9,486 nt of DNA from Vitrella brassicaformis CCMP3155 (Eukaryota > Protista > Chromerida), in the NCBI GenBank assembly GCA_001179505.1, contig CDMY01000941.1, forward strand, positions 1 through 9,486, given 5' to 3'. The notes beneath the pieces are model-generated. The model searched no databases, was not told the DNA's origin, and worked only from the letters and a program-made list of their open reading frames with translations. This document shows positions 7,105 through 9,486 of the stretch, in pieces (position 1 is the stretch's first letter; each line of letters opens with the position of its first letter). Made by a program: the position numbers and the translations under genes.

Positions 7105-7495
7105 ACTCACCGGATCCGGCGCATCTGAACGCCCACCCAGAGGGCTATGAATTCAGTCCCAACATTATCACCTCACTCAGTCCGGTTGGCGAGATATGAT
7201 TCACTCAATCTTCTCCAAAGACATCCATTTTGTGCTTGACTGCTTTCTTTGCAGCGACTGGACAGACAAGCACCGCCGCATCTGAAGCGTCACTCAAAGC
7301 CCTCTGATTACTCAGGAAAGAGCTGTCCTCTCACTTGCCCTGATTCAAGGGATATGTCTCACTCAAGTCTGTACGAATTCGAAGTCACTCACCACCTCCC
7401 TACCTGCCTGCTTTCTCCATACTGACCCTGCAGACAACCACCGGGCTCCCTGCATCTGAAGCGGCACTCAATCTTGGCTATGTCTCATCCCTGGC
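7105..7495. repeat. Degenerate ~160-bp repeat, ~3 copies
   Basis: CACCG...GCATCTGAA(G)CG.CAC(T/C)CA with the GCATCTGAA core at 7121, 7278 and 7452; GATATG..TCACTCAA at ~7194 and ~7352. Confidence 0.65.
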
Positions 7496-7916
7496 GACCA
7501 ACGTTTTCGGGCGGGAAAGACGACCAAGCCAGAAACGTGAAAAGGCCAACTGGTGGCCGGGAGAAGGGGAGAGGCACACCAGAGGTGCACTGGCTGCAGC
7601 TGCTTCACATCCTCTACAATCACCTCCCCCCTGCCCACGCCGCCGTTCCTATCGTGTCTCCCCTACTACATGTCGCGGACGTGTCTCCCGTCGCTGTCCG
7701 GTCATGTCTCTTCCCTCCCCCCAGCCGTCCCGCTCGACATCATCGTCGGGGTCATCATCGGGTGCGTCGCCTCGATTCGGTCAGCAGCGGAGGGGTGCGG
7801 CACTTCTCGCGTGTGGCCTCCTAGGAGACAGGAAGCAGCAATAACGGAAACGGCGAGAGGGAGGATGAAGACAAGTAAGTGGCCGACGAGACCCTGATGC
7901 GCATGATTCACGGCGG

Positions 7917-8195
7917 ATGCAGGAGTTGCAGCAAAAAGGTGCACCGCTCAATCGATTCGTCAAGGCGTGCCCCAAACATCTCCATGACACACCCGACACT
8001 TGCCCTTTGCGAGCGTTAAACTTTGGTGGAGGGCGAGATTCGCTGCACTTTGGAGTTCACAAACACGCAGTCTACACGTACGTTGCAATGCAATTGTACA
8101 TGTCCGTCATACCCCTCATTAAATGGATTTCACGCACGTGGTCTACACTAAGGAAGAAACTGACAAGGGCTGTCGTGTGCATTCCCCCGGCCTAA
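7917..8195 (+). pseudogene. Possible fragment of a cysteine-cluster (CxC-type) region associated with KDZ transposases
   Basis: RFVKACPKHLHDTPDTCPLRALNFGGGRDSLHFGVHKHAVYTYVAMQLY resembles the pattern V..CP...C...L.(Y/F)DG..D.L......(F/Y)T....L..Y that I recall upstream of KDZ catalytic cores. Recognition is from memory, not a search. Confidence 0.45.
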
Positions 8196-8483
8196 CTTCC
8201 GCCGGGGCATAGAATTTTCCAAACGATGAAAGGTCCAATATCAACGAAGATCACGCCAAAAGCGAGGAAAAAGCTCCGGGGCAGGGAACGGGGAAAAAGG
8301 GCGAGCTAGGCGATCGGCTAGGAAGCGTAAATGCTCTGTGAGCTAGGCGTGCAGGAGAGGGACAGGGGGCATGGAAGGCGCAGAATGCTCTCTACGTGTG
8401 CTCCTACACGTGTGCCTACTCCCCCCCCTCTCTATCCTAGCAACTGCCCGCACCCCCAGCACAGATCAGCCTGTCAGCCGCCA

Positions 8484-8507
8484 TCTCTCTCTCTCTCACT
8501 CTCTCTC
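8484..8507. repeat. (TC)n microsatellite with one interruption
   Basis: TCTCTCTCTCTCTCACTCTCTCTC. Confidence 0.9.
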
Positions 8508-9225
8508 CGGCGCGGACCACGAGTGGCGCGGCGGCACCCCTCTGGCTCAAACACGTCCTCTGCACTGAATCCATCGGGAGGTGCGTTGGCCTTGGGAGGG
8601 TGGCACGCTGCCACCATCGTGTCACGCGGGCGAGAGCACCTGCCTGTTGCTCTGCATCTCGCCTGCGTGCATCTTCGGATGCCTGCACGCCCTCATGACA
8701 CCTGACACACATCACCCTGTGTGTCTACATGCGCGCAGGGACTCAATCTGACGCGCCGCAGCAGCCGTCAGGGTCTTCCTCAACGCAAACAACAACACCA
8801 GGAGAGGCGCGAGTTCCACACGGCCTGGCCGAGCATCAGTCAGCAACACAGCCTGTGCGTCTTCCCTCTCGGTCTGCGTGTCTAGTGGTCGTCAGTCAGG
8901 CGGCGAGGCTTTTGGGGATGGGACGCAAACTGTGCGCATATGCATGAGTGCATCCATCCGCAATCGGGTGTCATCGGGATATTCACAAGTCTGAGGCCCA
9001 CAGGCCACTCAGAGGCGTGAAGTCACTCCATAACACTTCCCTAACCGATACGGCGCGCGCATGCATGCAGCCCCTTTTACCTCCCCCTGATCATACACAT
9101 GCATCACATCATCGACATACTCGACATACACCCCTTCTGGTGATACCCTCCGTGATTGAGGCGTTGGCTCGATGGCAGCATCCCTGGCAGACTTCGGCAG
9201 CGACGGCAGACACATGGGCAGACTC

Positions 9226-9255
9226 CCCGTCAGATGGGCAAGCCCATCTGACGGG
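9226..9255. other. 30-bp near-perfect palindrome (14-bp arms, AA centre)
   Basis: CCCGTCAGATGGGC-AA-GCCCATCTGACGGG, 31 nt downstream of the stop codon of the minus-strand CDS. Confidence 0.9.
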
Positions 9256-9285
9256 TGGAGGGAAGGAGAGCCGTCCCTGGGGTGT

Positions 9286-9486
9286 CTAGTCGCTCATCGT
9301 GGCGCCCTCGCCTGTGGCTTCGGCCTCCTCTGGGCCGGCAGGGATGTCGTCAGAGGTGAAGTAGAGAGCTCGAGGGGTGATGTCTCCAGAGGGAGCGGCC
9401 TTGCGGTCTTGACGGCGAGCGTTGAAGTACCTCTGGGGCAGGGCAGGAGGCTTGGATGCTTGTTTGTTGAAGACAAGAAGGAAATC
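9286..9486 (-). CDS. 3' end of an unidentified protein-coding gene or exon (5' partial)
   Basis: Open from the window end to TAG at 9286-9288: DFLLVFNKQASKPPALPQRYFNARRQDRKAAPSGDITPRALYFTSDDIPAGPEEAEATGEGATMSD*. Composition looks protein-like with an acidic tail; not the frame shown in the ORF track (9294-9476). Confidence 0.5.
   Translation of the reverse strand, partial: DFLLVFNKQASKPPALPQRYFNARRQDRKAAPSGDITPRALYFTSDDIPAGPEEAEATGEGATMSD

Noticed and set aside
7875-7922. GTAAGT...GCAG candidate 48-nt intron upstream of the CxC-like ORF
   Set aside because: Splicing puts the open upstream frames out of phase with ORF 7917-8195; the only in-phase frame has a stop at 7866-7868.
8278-8301. G-quadruplex-type motif GGGGCAGGGAACGGGGAAAAAGGG
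   Set aside because: Such motifs are common in GC-rich DNA, and nothing else links this one to a function.
8437-8950. Possible small exons on either strand
   Set aside because: Several frames are open and splice sites are ambiguous; no consistent gene model or domain could be supported.
9009-9215. VYVEYVDDVMHV resembling the reverse-transcriptase YxDD motif
   Set aside because: It arises from a 9-bp tandem duplication (TCGACATAC x2) and no other RT motifs flank it.
9259-9290. Helitron-like 3' end (weak hairpin, then CTAG followed by T)
   Set aside because: The stem is short and mismatched, the CTA is already explained as the minus-strand stop codon, and no 5' TC end or Rep/helicase is visible.

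Overview
Eukaryotic-looking, GC-rich window made mostly of decayed mobile elements and repeats; no prokaryotic operon, CRISPR array, rRNA or tRNA was seen. TTTAGGG telomere-type repeats fit an alveolate (e.g. chromerid/apicomplexan) or green-lineage genome; this is inference only. From left to right: (1) a minus-strand ORF missing from the ORF track, encoding a RING-like zinc finger after three 17-aa repeats; (2) an uninterrupted, RT-less 3' part of a CRE-like non-LTR retrotransposon (zinc knuckle plus restriction-like endonuclease); (3) a ~1.3-kb hierarchical degenerate repeat array; (4) a ~1-kb unit bounded by imperfect inverted termini and GGCGC-rich subterminal arrays, holding a KDZ-like transposase C-terminal remnant and an interstitial TTTAGGG tract; (5) a ~1.36-kb palindrome with ~650-bp arms and a candidate CACT target-site duplication (TSD); (6) a 603-bp MITE-like element with 213-bp inverted arms; (7) more degenerate repeats and a possible KDZ-associated cysteine-cluster remnant; (8) the 3' end of a minus-strand gene with a 14-bp-stem hairpin downstream. 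I cannot demonstrate a new functional system. The best candidates are the TIR-bounded KDZ/telomere-repeat unit and the two adjacent foldback elements. All family calls come from motif recognition and hand alignment, not database searches.
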